Assembly: GCA_021413775.1 (NCBI GenBank)
Contig: JAIOPS010000021.1
Coordinates: 5,014-69,013, forward strand
Origin: Candidatus Kaiserbacteria bacterium
GTDB lineage: Bacteria; Patescibacteriota; Minisyncoccia; Phycocordibacterales; UBA2100
Direction of reading: 5' to 3'
Length of the DNA stretch: 64,000 bases
In this document: positions 46,509-55,123 of the stretch, piece by piece
Position numbering within the stretch: the stretch's first letter is position 1
Layout: every line of letters starts with the position of its first letter
Translations under genes and position numbers: made by a program
The notes under the pieces: generated by a model
What the model was told of the DNA's origin: nothing
Seen by the model: the letters and a program-made list of their open reading frames with translations, nothing else
Databases searched by the model: none

Positions 46509-46883
46509 ATGCCCTGCATCACCGTGACACGCGACCCCGCCAAGCTCATCGACCCGCAGGCCACCCGACTCGGGTACGCCCTCGAAGCAGCCGTGGTTTC
46601 GGCTCTGAAAGTGAAGCCGCATGAAGTTGAGTTCCGCGTTCGTGATTTCGGGCCGCTCGACCGCAACCATCCGCCCATCGCCATCGAAATCGATACCGGC
46701 AAAGGGAAGGACGGTTGGCGCGCGACCAATCGAATGGAACTTGCGAAACAAATCGCAGCGTCGGTCGTCAAAGCGGACATCATACCCGCGAGTCTGCTGG
46801 ACCCGAAAGAGGGTCCGTACGCATGGCTCAAGATTGTCGACAGCGCGTTCGTCCCGCTCGGTTTCCCTGATGAGGCGCGCTGA
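46509..46883 (+). CDS. hypothetical protein, possibly tautomerase-superfamily (N-terminal Met-Pro)
   Basis: 124 aa beginning MPCITVTRD (Pro1 after Met as in 4-OT/MIF-like tautomerases); otherwise unassigned. Confidence 0.3.
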   Translation: MPCITVTRDPAKLIDPQATRLGYALEAAVVSALKVKPHEVEFRVRDFGPLDRNHPPIAIEIDTGKGKDGWRATNRMELAKQIAASVVKADIIPASLLDPKEGPYAWLKIVDSAFVPLGFPDEAR

Positions 46884-46947
46884 CTTTCATTTCAAGGTAC
46901 GAAGCGAAAAGCCCCGGCGGCATGCCGGGGCTTTTAACTTTTTAGGA

Positions 46948-49299
46948 TTAAATTATCTCGCACGTACCTCCCGCACACGCCAATTCCTTTTTCTGTTCGG
47001 TCTCGTCAGTTCTTTCGTAGATGACGAGCTTCGAGTAGTCTATCTTCGGGAATTTTGCTGCAAGCTCCTCATACTTCTTTTTATCAATCGCTTCGTATGG
47101 AGCGAGACGGTAGACGTGATTTTCGCGCGGCAAGAATGAGAGACCGCCGATGATGTCCCAATTGTCCGATATCCACGCGACACACTGCACCCACTCTTCT
47201 TCGCCCACCGAAATGGTCGCCGACGGATTGTGTTCGGTAAAGTTGAGCTTCACCATCTTCCAATACTCGAGCTGCTGAATCGCGGAAAGGTCGTTCTTGA
47301 AGACCGAGCCCGAAGGTGCTTTCACCGGGAACTCAAGCACGTATGTGGATGCCTCGCCTTCCACCTGTCCTACTTCCGGGTATGCCTGTACACCCTGGTC
47401 GCGCATCATTTTGAAGAGCGAATCGGTTGCCGAGATGCGGACGCGGCGGATGTAGTACTGCGAGTGGCGCGGGTGAATGCCGGACGAGCAGTTGAATGTC
47501 TGAGATACGGTGCCGGACGGCTTTACGCAGGTGATGGAGCTCGACATCGGAATACCGAAGCGCTTCGCGTACAGAGCATTTGTCTTTTTCGCTGTTTCGC
47601 GCATTTTCTTCATCATCTTCGCATCGCGCACAACAGGAGAATCCCACTGGCCGGTGATGGACACGCCGAGAAGGCGCTCGGCTTCACAGTTGTCGGTCCA
47701 TTCCTTGGAGATGTAATTGAACTTCACGAGAGTCGACTGGTAGGTGCCGAGGAGTGTCGCGAGCTTCGCCTTGCGGAGCAACGACTTCTCGGTGTCATCC
47801 GCGCGCGCAATGACTTCCGAGAGGTTGCAGAACTGCTTCGACTGGAGGATGATTTCGCCGCACGGATTCGTTCCGACCTGGCCGATGAAATTACCCTTCT
47901 TTCCGTACTTCTTCTGAAGAAGCTTCAAACGTCGCTCAGGCATTGTCTTTTCGAGGCTTCCGCGGTTGAAGATGCCGCGCTCTCCGGTGCCGGATTTCAT
48001 GAGCGCGACCCACTCGTCCATGAGCTCGGCGTTGGTGGGCTTGGTCTCATAGACGGCGGAGTTGTTGGCAACGGAGCGCCACGGGTCTGTGAGGTAGAAT
48101 TGCCCTTTCTTAGCGTCGCGGATTTCCACATCGTCGAGGTCAGAAAGAGAAATCATCGCCGTGCGGCGCACTCCTCCCGCGACGACGCATTCACCGATTT
48201 TGCAGATGATATCGTGTGCATCAATGTTGCGCAGGCGTCTGCCCTGTCGGCGGAGAATTCTTTCACGCGCGAATGTGAGGAGTGAACGGAGCGGTTCCGG
48301 GCCGGATGCTTTACCGCCCATCGTCTTGAGTCTCGCACCAGCGGGACGAATAGTTGAGAAATCGAAATCGACATCTTTGCCCGCATACCAGGTGTTGAGC
48401 CCGAGCGTGAGCGCATCACACCAGCCCTCCTTGGTGTCAGCGACGACATGCAACGGAATCTTTTCGCCTGTCTGCTTTTCGATTTGCGGAAGCTGCTGAA
48501 TGTTCTGGCTTTCAACCGCGTATCCGACACCGCATCCCTGCATCGAGAGGTACATGATTTCCGCAAAATCCTGCAATTTTACCGGAGCGGTAAACGAGCA
48601 GTTGTAGAAACATGTGTTGCACTTCTTGGCGGGCGCTCCGGCGAATTGCATCGCGCGCATCGACGGCATGACTTCCTGTTTCAAAATCGCTTCGCGGATT
48701 TCCGCGTACTCTTTTTTCGTGAGTTTGTCCCCGAGATTCTCTTTCATAAATCCGACATAACGGTCGACGGTCTCAATCCACGTCTCACGGCGCTGTTCGC
48801 TTTCTACCCAGCGCGCATAGGTGCGGAGATAAACGAACTCTCCGAGAGGATTGTTCTTGAAGTACTGTTTCGATTCTTCCGCGAGCTTCCGGACGTGCTC
48901 CGGTACAGAGCCCTGCTCCTCGCGGATCTTGTTGTGCTCCGCACGGTAGAGGATGTAGTTCTTGGATGCCGACACATAGTCGGAGAGCATGAGCTGGCGC
49001 TCCACCTCGTCCTGGCAGCCTTCGACGGTGGGGAGAAAGTTCTTGTACGTCTTGGCGATGCGCATCATTTCGCCGGCGACTTTGTGCGCCACGACCACCG
49101 CCTCATCTTCCGAGCCCTCATTCGAGGCGAGCATCGCTTTTTGAATAGCGCGCGTAATCTTATCGAACTCAAACGGTACGATGCGACCATCGCGCTTCTG
49201 TATATTCGGCAAGTACTTTTTGTACACGCGATTTGCTGACGCTTCCTGAGAGACTCCTATAATGCCCGCTTTTTTGCGAGAGGTGGTTGACTGTGCCAT
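46948..49299 (-). CDS. nrdJ: class II (adenosylcobalamin-type) ribonucleotide reductase with N-terminal ATP-cone
   Basis: ORF 46948..49305 (TTG); first ATG at 49299 gives MAQSTTS. ATP-cone IQKRDGRIVPFEFDKITRAI; class II NPCGEI motif; C-terminal Cys pair (CAGGTCEII). Confidence 0.85.
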   Translation of the reverse strand: MAQSTTSRKKAGIIGVSQEASANRVYKKYLPNIQKRDGRIVPFEFDKITRAIQKAMLASNEGSEDEAVVVAHKVAGEMMRIAKTYKNFLPTVEGCQDEVERQLMLSDYVSASKNYILYRAEHNKIREEQGSVPEHVRKLAEESKQYFKNNPLGEFVYLRTYARWVESEQRRETWIETVDRYVGFMKENLGDKLTKKEYAEIREAILKQEVMPSMRAMQFAGAPAKKCNTCFYNCSFTAPVKLQDFAEIMYLSMQGCGVGYAVESQNIQQLPQIEKQTGEKIPLHVVADTKEGWCDALTLGLNTWYAGKDVDFDFSTIRPAGARLKTMGGKASGPEPLRSLLTFARERILRRQGRRLRNIDAHDIICKIGECVVAGGVRRTAMISLSDLDDVEIRDAKKGQFYLTDPWRSVANNSAVYETKPTNAELMDEWVALMKSGTGERGIFNRGSLEKTMPERRLKLLQKKYGKKGNFIGQVGTNPCGEIILQSKQFCNLSEVIARADDTEKSLLRKAKLATLLGTYQSTLVKFNYISKEWTDNCEAERLLGVSITGQWDSPVVRDAKMMKKMRETAKKTNALYAKRFGIPMSSSITCVKPSGTVSQTFNCSSGIHPRHSQYYIRRVRISATDSLFKMMRDQGVQAYPEVGQVEGEASTYVLEFPVKAPSGSVFKNDLSAIQQLEYWKMVKLNFTEHNPSATISVGEEEWVQCVAWISDNWDIIGGLSFLPRENHVYRLAPYEAIDKKKYEELAAKFPKIDYSKLVIYERTDETEQKKELACAGGTCEII

Positions 49300-49339
49300 G
49301 CGCAAGAACTTTAACTTCTAATCACTAGCTCACTACTAA

Positions 49340-49650
49340 TGGGATGTTTATTGTACTCCTCCGGGGACCTCGGATATCGGAGATAAAGAGGTGGATAACT
49401 TGTCGCTCGGTGGCATGGCTATTTTGGAAAACGTGATTTTGCCGCTGCAAAATCACTCAATCCTCGGCCGTCGCCTGCGGGGTTTCCAAAATAGCCATGC
49501 CACGCCTCACTCTTAGCAAAATGAAGAGTGCCAACGTCTCTAAGCGAGCGTGGCGGTGTGTTTTTGGACCTCTCGGAGCCGAAGAGGCGAGGATTAAGGA
49601 CTTTTCAACAGAAAAGTCCGGGTCCAAAAACATACCGCCCGCGAGCGCCC
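49340..49650. promoter_or_regulatory. structured intergenic element (5' leader of nrdJ or independent ncRNA): two modules of long-range perfect inverted repeats each enclosing a perfect internal hairpin
   Basis: Module 1: 20-bp perfect IR TGGCATGGCTATTTTGGAAA (49411-49430) / TTTCCAAAATAGCCATGCCA (49483-49502), enclosing 10-bp hairpin GTGATTTTGC-cgct-GCAAAATCAC. Module 2: 12-bp IR TGTTTTTGGACC (49559-49570) / GGTCCAAAAACA (49621-49632), enclosing 9-bp hairpin GGACTTTTC-aaca-GAAAAGTCC, plus the CACTCTT..AAGAGTG hairpin between modules. No ORF >60 aa of protein-like composition. Confidence 0.3.
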
Positions 49651-49652
49651 CT

Positions 49653-50183
49653 CTATAAGGCTACCTGGTCGCCGATGGAGACATTGTGAGCCTTTGCCCA
49701 GCCTGCAGGGAGCTCGAGCACGTATCGTGCCGCCAAATCCGGCATAAAGCTCGCCGGATATGACTCAGGTTTCGCATTTTGAGCCATATATACAACCTTT
49801 CCATCGGCCGTTATCCATAGAATGTCTATCGAAAAGAGCATGTCCTTCATCCAGAAGCTGAAAATACCGTCCGCCGGGAAGATGAAGAGCATGCCTTCGT
49901 TTTCCCCGAGCCCCGCCTGTCCGCTCAGGCCCTGTTCCCGCTTCGCGGGGGTGTCGGCAATCGCGACACGCACCGAAGTCCCCGCGATAGATATCGTTTT
50001 TGTCGGCGAGAGAGTTGATGAAACGACATTTCGCACATCCCGGTATAGAGAGGACGGCGTAACGGCATTCATCGCCGCCGCATAAATGCTGCCGCCGATG
50101 AGCGCGCACACTCCGGCAGCGCCGAGATAGATAAGAATTCTGCGTGTCTCGGAGTTTCTGAAGAGTGATTGAATCATAGTCAT
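49653..50183 (-). CDS. DUF192-domain secreted protein
   Basis: 176 aa; signal peptide; EQGLSG..GMLFIFP..FWMKDMLFSIDILWI..VLELPAGW matches the DUF192 pattern. Confidence 0.6.
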   Translation of the reverse strand: MTMIQSLFRNSETRRILIYLGAAGVCALIGGSIYAAAMNAVTPSSLYRDVRNVVSSTLSPTKTISIAGTSVRVAIADTPAKREQGLSGQAGLGENEGMLFIFPADGIFSFWMKDMLFSIDILWITADGKVVYMAQNAKPESYPASFMPDLAARYVLELPAGWAKAHNVSIGDQVAL

Positions 50184-50206
50184 ACAAAATACCTTAAAAG
50201 ACGGAC

Positions 50207-50659
50207 TTAGAGAAGAAGAACGACTGACATGACTACCAGAGAAGCAAGCCAGTAACCGGCATTAATGCAGTAGAGCTTCAGGGGCTTGTGTTCCCAAAGA
50301 ACTGAACCGAGAAGAACCGGCGCGACGAACCCGAACCATAGAGCTGTCGCGAGTTCGAGAGACTCCCCCAGCGTAAGTATACCGAGCGCCGCGGTAATCA
50401 TATGGAGCACGTACGCGACAACGAGTGCAGCGGCGAATGCAGCAAGCGTAAAGAGCGGCATGTGCTTATTTCCGCGCTCCGCAATTTCAGGAGAGATGTT
50501 GGCAAGTCGCGTCCATGCCCGACCGAAGACTCTCGGGTGATACCAAAGGTAACCCACGATGACATGCGCAACGGCTGCAGCGACAACAGGGACGAATGGC
50601 ACGAACAAGGCGAACATATTCCGTGAAATTATATCACCAGCTACTTCCACAAATCCCAT
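50207..50659 (-). CDS. DUF1761-like integral membrane protein
   Basis: 150 aa, 4 TM; VGYLWYHPRVFGRAW motif reminiscent of DUF1761. Confidence 0.5.
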   Translation of the reverse strand: MGFVEVAGDIISRNMFALFVPFVPVVAAAVAHVIVGYLWYHPRVFGRAWTRLANISPEIAERGNKHMPLFTLAAFAAALVVAYVLHMITAALGILTLGESLELATALWFGFVAPVLLGSVLWEHKPLKLYCINAGYWLASLVVMSVVLLL

Positions 50660-51849
50660 ACCGCCGCCGCAACCGGCGAGGGCGAGCCCTCGAGCGGCAG
50701 ATAGTGCAAATCGATATACGGCAGACTGTTCGCTTCAATAATCCCCCACTTCTGAGCATCGGGGTCCACCTCAGGGTTACCGATGATGAGGTCGAATCCT
50801 ACGACAGGCGCTTTCACCGCTTGAGCAGCGCGTTCGAGATATTCACGGAGTTTCGGATGCTCCTGTCCGAGCAGTTCTCTCGTCTTTCCGCCGAAAAGTC
50901 TTCCTGTACGGTGTGTAAGCGGTACCACTGTGCCCTTCTCAACAACAGAATCCGCTGTATATCCCGAGCGTAAAAGAAATGTGCTGTGTTCGTCCGTAAG
51001 CACAATGTCCTGAAGCCGCTCATGCTTCGCAGCATTCTGCTTGTCGATAAGTTCACGGATAGTCGAGGCACCGTCACCCACAACTGTCGGGGGAAATGCC
51101 TGAAAGAAACCGGCGAGCGTGCCGTCAATGACGGTTCCCCGGCACACGCTTCCCACCAAATACTCTTCGAGTGCCACGTACCTGCACAGCTTCTTCGCGC
51201 AGAGAAATGCCTTCGCAACATCTGACTCGGTCCGTACGTTCACCGTCGTGTGTCGTCCGCGCGAACCCGCACGCGGCTTCACAACCACCGGTCCCTGAAA
51301 TCCCGGAAGCGCGGCAATCGCGTCTGCGAGTGACGTCACGGATACAATCCGCGGCGTTGCAATCCCCGCCTCGTGCAGCACGCGCTTCAGTTCAAATTTA
51401 TCGTCTATCCAATCGTATGCGGGATACTCGAGATGCGGCGGCACCGGTATGGATTGGAAATATGTCCACTCATCGTTACGTATGCGGGCGCGGTATATCT
51501 CCGTATGAGCACCGAAGAGTGTCATTTGCTCCATTGGAATGCCGCGCTGCGCAGCTTCCTCCCAGATAACCTGAGAGCGGTACGTCTTCGCATTCTTCGG
51601 CTCAGATGCGAAACGCGTAACGGGCAGCGCGGCAAAAACTTTGTAGACGAAGGGGTCGAGCCACGATTGGAGCCAATCGCCCCACCGGCTGAGCGTTGTA
51701 CGCAAACGTCCGCGCGTACCGCCCTCTTTCGAGGAGACGACCGAGAGCGTGTGCGCGATGTACGCTCCGAAATGATTGACCGGGCTGTTGCCGCACTCTG
51801 CGCACGTGCCGGCGTGCTCTCTATATTCATGCGGCGCTCCGTCTGTCAT
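50641..51849 (-). CDS. ATP-grasp ligase, cyanophycin-synthetase-N-terminal/RimK-like (paralog of 9002..10003) with extra N-terminal region
   Basis: 402 aa; VVVKPRAGSRGRHTTV, VVGDGASTIRELI and WGIIEANSLPYID motifs parallel those of the first ATP-grasp ORF; N-terminal ~100 aa contains a Cys pair (CAEC). Confidence 0.6.
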   Translation of the reverse strand: MTDGAPHEYREHAGTCAECGNSPVNHFGAYIAHTLSVVSSKEGGTRGRLRTTLSRWGDWLQSWLDPFVYKVFAALPVTRFASEPKNAKTYRSQVIWEEAAQRGIPMEQMTLFGAHTEIYRARIRNDEWTYFQSIPVPPHLEYPAYDWIDDKFELKRVLHEAGIATPRIVSVTSLADAIAALPGFQGPVVVKPRAGSRGRHTTVNVRTESDVAKAFLCAKKLCRYVALEEYLVGSVCRGTVIDGTLAGFFQAFPPTVVGDGASTIRELIDKQNAAKHERLQDIVLTDEHSTFLLRSGYTADSVVEKGTVVPLTHRTGRLFGGKTRELLGQEHPKLREYLERAAQAVKAPVVGFDLIIGNPEVDPDAQKWGIIEANSLPYIDLHYLPLEGSPSPVAAAVWDLWK

Positions 51850-52027
51850 ATGCGTATCTTATCCTACGCACGTGTACCTGCAGAAAAGCCCCCCGAAGGG
51901 GGCATCTCTTAGTGACCGCCGAGTGACATAGGTATGCACGTTGGCTAATAACTTACTGTTCAGTATTACACACTCGTCTCTGCGCATTTCCGTTTGTGGG
52001 GATAATCCCGCTCTCGGCGCCGCAAGT

Positions 52028-52405
52028 TTACTTTTCGAGTGCGGGGTCAAACCACACTGTTTCTATATTGCTGCCGTCGGGGTCGAGTATAAACGCCGCG
52101 TAGTAACCGGGGCTGTAGTCTTTTCTGTACCCCGGTGCGCCGTTGTCCTTACCGCCCGCCTCTAAGCCGGCTTTGTAGAATGCATCCACCGCTTCTTTGC
52201 TATTCGCGCGGAAGGCCACGTGTGACGGCTGCGGCTTGTCTTTTTTCATCACCCAAAAATCCGTGTGCCCGCCTTCCATGAAGCCTGCGGCACCGTACTC
52301 TTCGTAATCCCGTTTGAGCTCGTAACCGAGCGGAGCAAGTGCCGTCAAATAAAAATCCTTCGCTCTTTTATAATCACTCACCGCAACGCCTGTGTGTTCA
52401 ATCAT
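52028..52405 (-). CDS. VOC-family protein (glyoxalase/bleomycin-resistance fold)
   Basis: ORF 52028..52492; start MIEHTGVAVSDYKRAKDFY (52405) is the typical glyoxalase-I-like N-terminus. Confidence 0.65.
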   Translation of the reverse strand: MIEHTGVAVSDYKRAKDFYLTALAPLGYELKRDYEEYGAAGFMEGGHTDFWVMKKDKPQPSHVAFRANSKEAVDAFYKAGLEAGGKDNGAPGYRKDYSPGYYAAFILDPDGSNIETVWFDPALEK

Positions 52406-52547
52406 CCGGTAACCGTAGCACCCTGCGGATGAAGACTCAATGGAGTCCGCACATGTCTGCTCGCTTTTGCATATCAACGTCGGAACCGGCACGATTTGAG
52501 ACTTTTTTGACGTGAATTACAGTTGTTGTAATAACGATAAATACATA

Positions 52548-52576
52548 TTGACAAACGATAAGTACTAAATTACGAT
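52548..52576 (+). promoter_or_regulatory. sigma70-type promoter for the DUF2975/XRE pair
   Basis: TTGACA (52548-52553), 17-nt spacer, TACGAT (52571-52576), in an AT-rich island ~28 nt upstream of the ATG at 52604. Confidence 0.5.
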
Positions 52577-52603
52577 GAAAATATAAAAATTTATATTTCG
52601 CAC

Positions 52604-53086
52604 ATGAAAAGAAGCTCGACGATTTTTCTTCAAGTGGTCATCGCGGCGCTCGGCATCGGCGCTCTCGCACTCCTTCTCCTTGAACCCCGCACTGAGGGTG
52701 TCAACGCACATGCCACCACACTTTATCAAATATATTTCGACGACCCGTTCCTCATGCTTGTATATGCGGGCTCCGTTCCGTTCTTTATCGCACTCTATCA
52801 GGCAATCAAAGTGCTCGGATATGCCGGGCAAAATCAGATATTTTCCTCTGCGGCCGTCAGAGCTCTGCGGACCATAAAGTACTGCGCTCTGTCCATCATC
52901 GCGTTCGTTGTGGTAGAGGAGGTTTTCATCATGTTGAACCACGGCGATGATGATGCGGCGGGCGGCATCATGATGGGCGTCTTTATCATCTTCGGCTCGA
53001 TTGTTGCCGCTACTGCAGCGGCGATGTTTGAGAGAATTCTGCAGAACGCCGTGGATATAAAATCCGAGAATGACTTAACCGTGTAA
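52604..53086 (+). CDS. DUF2975-like membrane protein (partner of XRE regulator)
   Basis: 160 aa, 4 TM; immediately followed (5-nt gap) by the YozG-like HTH gene, a recurrent two-gene arrangement. Confidence 0.55.
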   Translation: MKRSSTIFLQVVIAALGIGALALLLLEPRTEGVNAHATTLYQIYFDDPFLMLVYAGSVPFFIALYQAIKVLGYAGQNQIFSSAAVRALRTIKYCALSIIAFVVVEEVFIMLNHGDDDAAGGIMMGVFIIFGSIVAATAAAMFERILQNAVDIKSENDLTV

Positions 53087-53091
53087 CCGGT

Positions 53092-53295
53092 ATGGCAATC
53101 ATCATCAACATCGACGTCATGCTGGCGAAGCGGAAAATGAGCGTTACCGAACTTGCGGAGAGGGTCGGCATCACGATGGCCAACATCTCCGTTTTGAAAA
53201 ACGGCAAGGCAAGGGCGATTCGATTGTCGACCATGGAAGCAATCTGCAAAGCACTGGAGTGTCAGCCCGGAGATATTCTGGAGTACAAAAAGTAG
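53092..53295 (+). CDS. XRE-family (HTH_26, YozG-like) transcriptional regulator
   Basis: 67 aa; MSVTELAERVGITMANISVLKNGKARAIRLSTMEAICKAL is a typical YozG-type HTH. Confidence 0.7.
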   Translation: MAIIINIDVMLAKRKMSVTELAERVGITMANISVLKNGKARAIRLSTMEAICKALECQPGDILEYKK

Positions 53296-53298
53296 CTG

Positions 53299-53736
53299 TT
53301 ACTTTTGTCCGATGCTCTTTGCGTCAAATTCTACCGTCCATTCGATTCCGTATTTGTCTCTGAACATAGCAAAGTACGTACCCCACGGGCTTTCCGCCAT
53401 GGGCATTTCCACTGCCCCGCCGGCTGACAGTCCGTTAAATATATTGTCTGCCTCTTCTTTGCTGTCTGCCGTAACTGCAATCTTGGACCTGTTTTCGTTT
53501 TCGTTCACCCGGCCCATACTTTCCGGGATGTCATTGGCAATTAAGATGTTTTTGCCGATAGGCAAAACAATGCGCATTATTTTATGTGCGTCAGCATCAC
53601 CAATCGGAAACTCAGGGCTTGAGATGTCCTTGAAACGAACTATCTCTCCGAACTCCCCGCCAAATACTGATTTGTAAAACGTAAACGCCTCCTCGGCATT
53701 TCCGTTGAAGTTGATGTACGGGTTGATTGTCGCCAT
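53299..53736 (-). CDS. VOC-family protein, PhnB/YjdN-like
   Basis: 145 aa; MATINPYINFNGNAEEAFTFYKSVFGG N-terminus characteristic of the PhnB-like glyoxalase family; visibly lower GC than surrounding genes. Confidence 0.6.
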   Translation of the reverse strand: MATINPYINFNGNAEEAFTFYKSVFGGEFGEIVRFKDISSPEFPIGDADAHKIMRIVLPIGKNILIANDIPESMGRVNENENRSKIAVTADSKEEADNIFNGLSAGGAVEMPMAESPWGTYFAMFRDKYGIEWTVEFDAKSIGQK

Positions 53737-53900
53737 ATTTTTTATTATGTAATTTGTTAATTATTGTAATGCTACCCGATACGGGTATTTTAGCTCTTTT
53801 TGTCCGAGCCAACCGCGGTTAGCACCCTCTACAGTAAGCAACATCAAGCTTTTCCAGCAACTTGCCCGATGGAAAACTGAGGCCGCCGCGGCATAGGAAA

Positions 53901-53934
53901 ATCAAAAAAATAACCGCCGGACAAATGCCGGCGG
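53901..53934 (-). terminator. intrinsic terminator
   Basis: Minus strand CCGCCGG-cauuugu-CCGGCGG hairpin followed by UUAUUUUUUUGAUUUU, 25 nt after the stop of ORF 53959..54168. Confidence 0.5.
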
Positions 53935-53958
53935 CTGACTGATCACGAAGCGAGACCT

Positions 53959-54168
53959 TTAAAGCTCCTTGTTGTCGCGCGACTTGATGAGCTCGGCAAC
54001 AGAACTAAACTTGGGCTCCGCATCTTTTTTCTTGCGCCGCACTTCCTGCTGACGGCGAATCTCTTCGTTAGCTGCCCGCGCAACGCTCACTTTTTGTTTT
54101 GGGGACGGGCCACCTTGCCCACTCCTCGCGTGTTTGCGGTTTCCCATGCCGCCGCGACCCTGTTGCAT
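53959..54168 (-). CDS. small basic hypothetical protein (69 aa)
   Basis: Lys/Arg-rich (pI high); sits between tRNA-Ser and a strong terminator, which supports it being transcribed. Confidence 0.3.
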   Translation of the reverse strand: MQQGRGGMGNRKHARSGQGGPSPKQKVSVARAANEEIRRQQEVRRKKKDAEPKFSSVAELIKSRDNKEL

Positions 54169-54458
54169 AACGAATCTCCTGCTGAAAATTCGATGACCAT
54201 ATAGTACAATTTATATGAGAGCTTGTAAAGCTTCAGGTCAACTTGAATCGTCGATATCTCTCCGATACTTTTTGTTAAGGGCGGGGACGGAGAGATGCGG
54301 CCAAGAACACTTTTTTCGCCGTCGCTCAAAAAGTTTCTCGGCCCTGATTTTGCGGGTCCGCTTGGTAGCAGACACCTGCGCAAAATCTTTCGAATCTCTC
54401 ACGGGTCGTGCACCGCACGTCCCTCGCCTCCGCAGTATTTTCACTGCGCTCAAATCTG

Positions 54459-54543
54459 CGGAGGCGGAGAGATTCGAACTCTCGGTGGTGTGACCCACAC
54501 ACGCTTTCCAAGCGTGCGCACTAGACCGCTATGCGACGCCTCC
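54459..54543 (-). tRNA. tRNA-Ser (anticodon GGA), class II with long variable arm
   Basis: Reverse complement GGAGGCGTCGCATAGCGGTCTAGTGCGCACGCTTGGAAAGCGTGTGTGGGTCACACCACCGAGAGTTCGAATCTCTCCGCCTCCG. 7-bp acceptor, 3-bp D-stem with long D-loop, anticodon loop TTGGAAA, 16-nt variable arm, T-loop TTCGAAT. No CCA. Confidence 0.8.
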
Positions 54544-54601
54544 GTGTAGAGATTTATAGCATGCGGCTCCCGTACACGCACCTTTCCATTACAATGGTGA
54601 C

Positions 54602-55117
54602 ATGAACGTCACGGCGGTTTTTCTGAGCGTGTTTGTCACGTACGTCCTTTTCTGCAAGGCGTGGCCGTATTTTCTTTATCCGAATTATTTTCGACCCTCA
54701 CGGATTGAGGAGTACCCCGAACTGCAGCTGCTCGCCCGCCAGTTGGTCGGACCGAATCAATCCGCAACACTCCGTAATGTGTATGAATACATGCGGTCGA
54801 CGTACACCGGGTCAGGTAGCGTATTGAAAACCGGCAGCCTGCTGAGCGTTTTCAGGTTCGGCGATTTTTCCACGCGTGGCATTCTCGGAAAACGGCAGTT
54901 TCTCTGGTGCCATACGCAAAACAGGTTGTTCAAATCCATTCTGATGAATACCGGTATGTTTCCGGAAAAGGCATTGAGAATCCGCTACCGGTTATTTTCA
55001 TCGTTCTTTATTCATCAATGGGTCGAAGTCGAGTTTTCCGGCGAGAAATTCATCATCGACCCTCACTACCACGTATTCACAGCTCTCCCGAAGCGGACAA
55101 CATCAGGTGTACAATGA
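54602..55117 (+). CDS. hypothetical membrane-anchored protein
   Basis: 171 aa; N-terminal TM; no family recognised. Confidence 0.35.
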   Translation: MNVTAVFLSVFVTYVLFCKAWPYFLYPNYFRPSRIEEYPELQLLARQLVGPNQSATLRNVYEYMRSTYTGSGSVLKTGSLLSVFRFGDFSTRGILGKRQFLWCHTQNRLFKSILMNTGMFPEKALRIRYRLFSSFFIHQWVEVEFSGEKFIIDPHYHVFTALPKRTTSGVQ

Positions 55118-55123
55118 ATACAC

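Noticed and set aside
54427-54464. Inverted repeat CCTCCGCAG...CTGCGGAGG downstream of tRNA-Ser as a terminator
   Set aside because: Right arm is the tRNA acceptor 3' strand itself and no U-tract follows; more likely a precursor-processing structure than a terminator, so not called as a feature.
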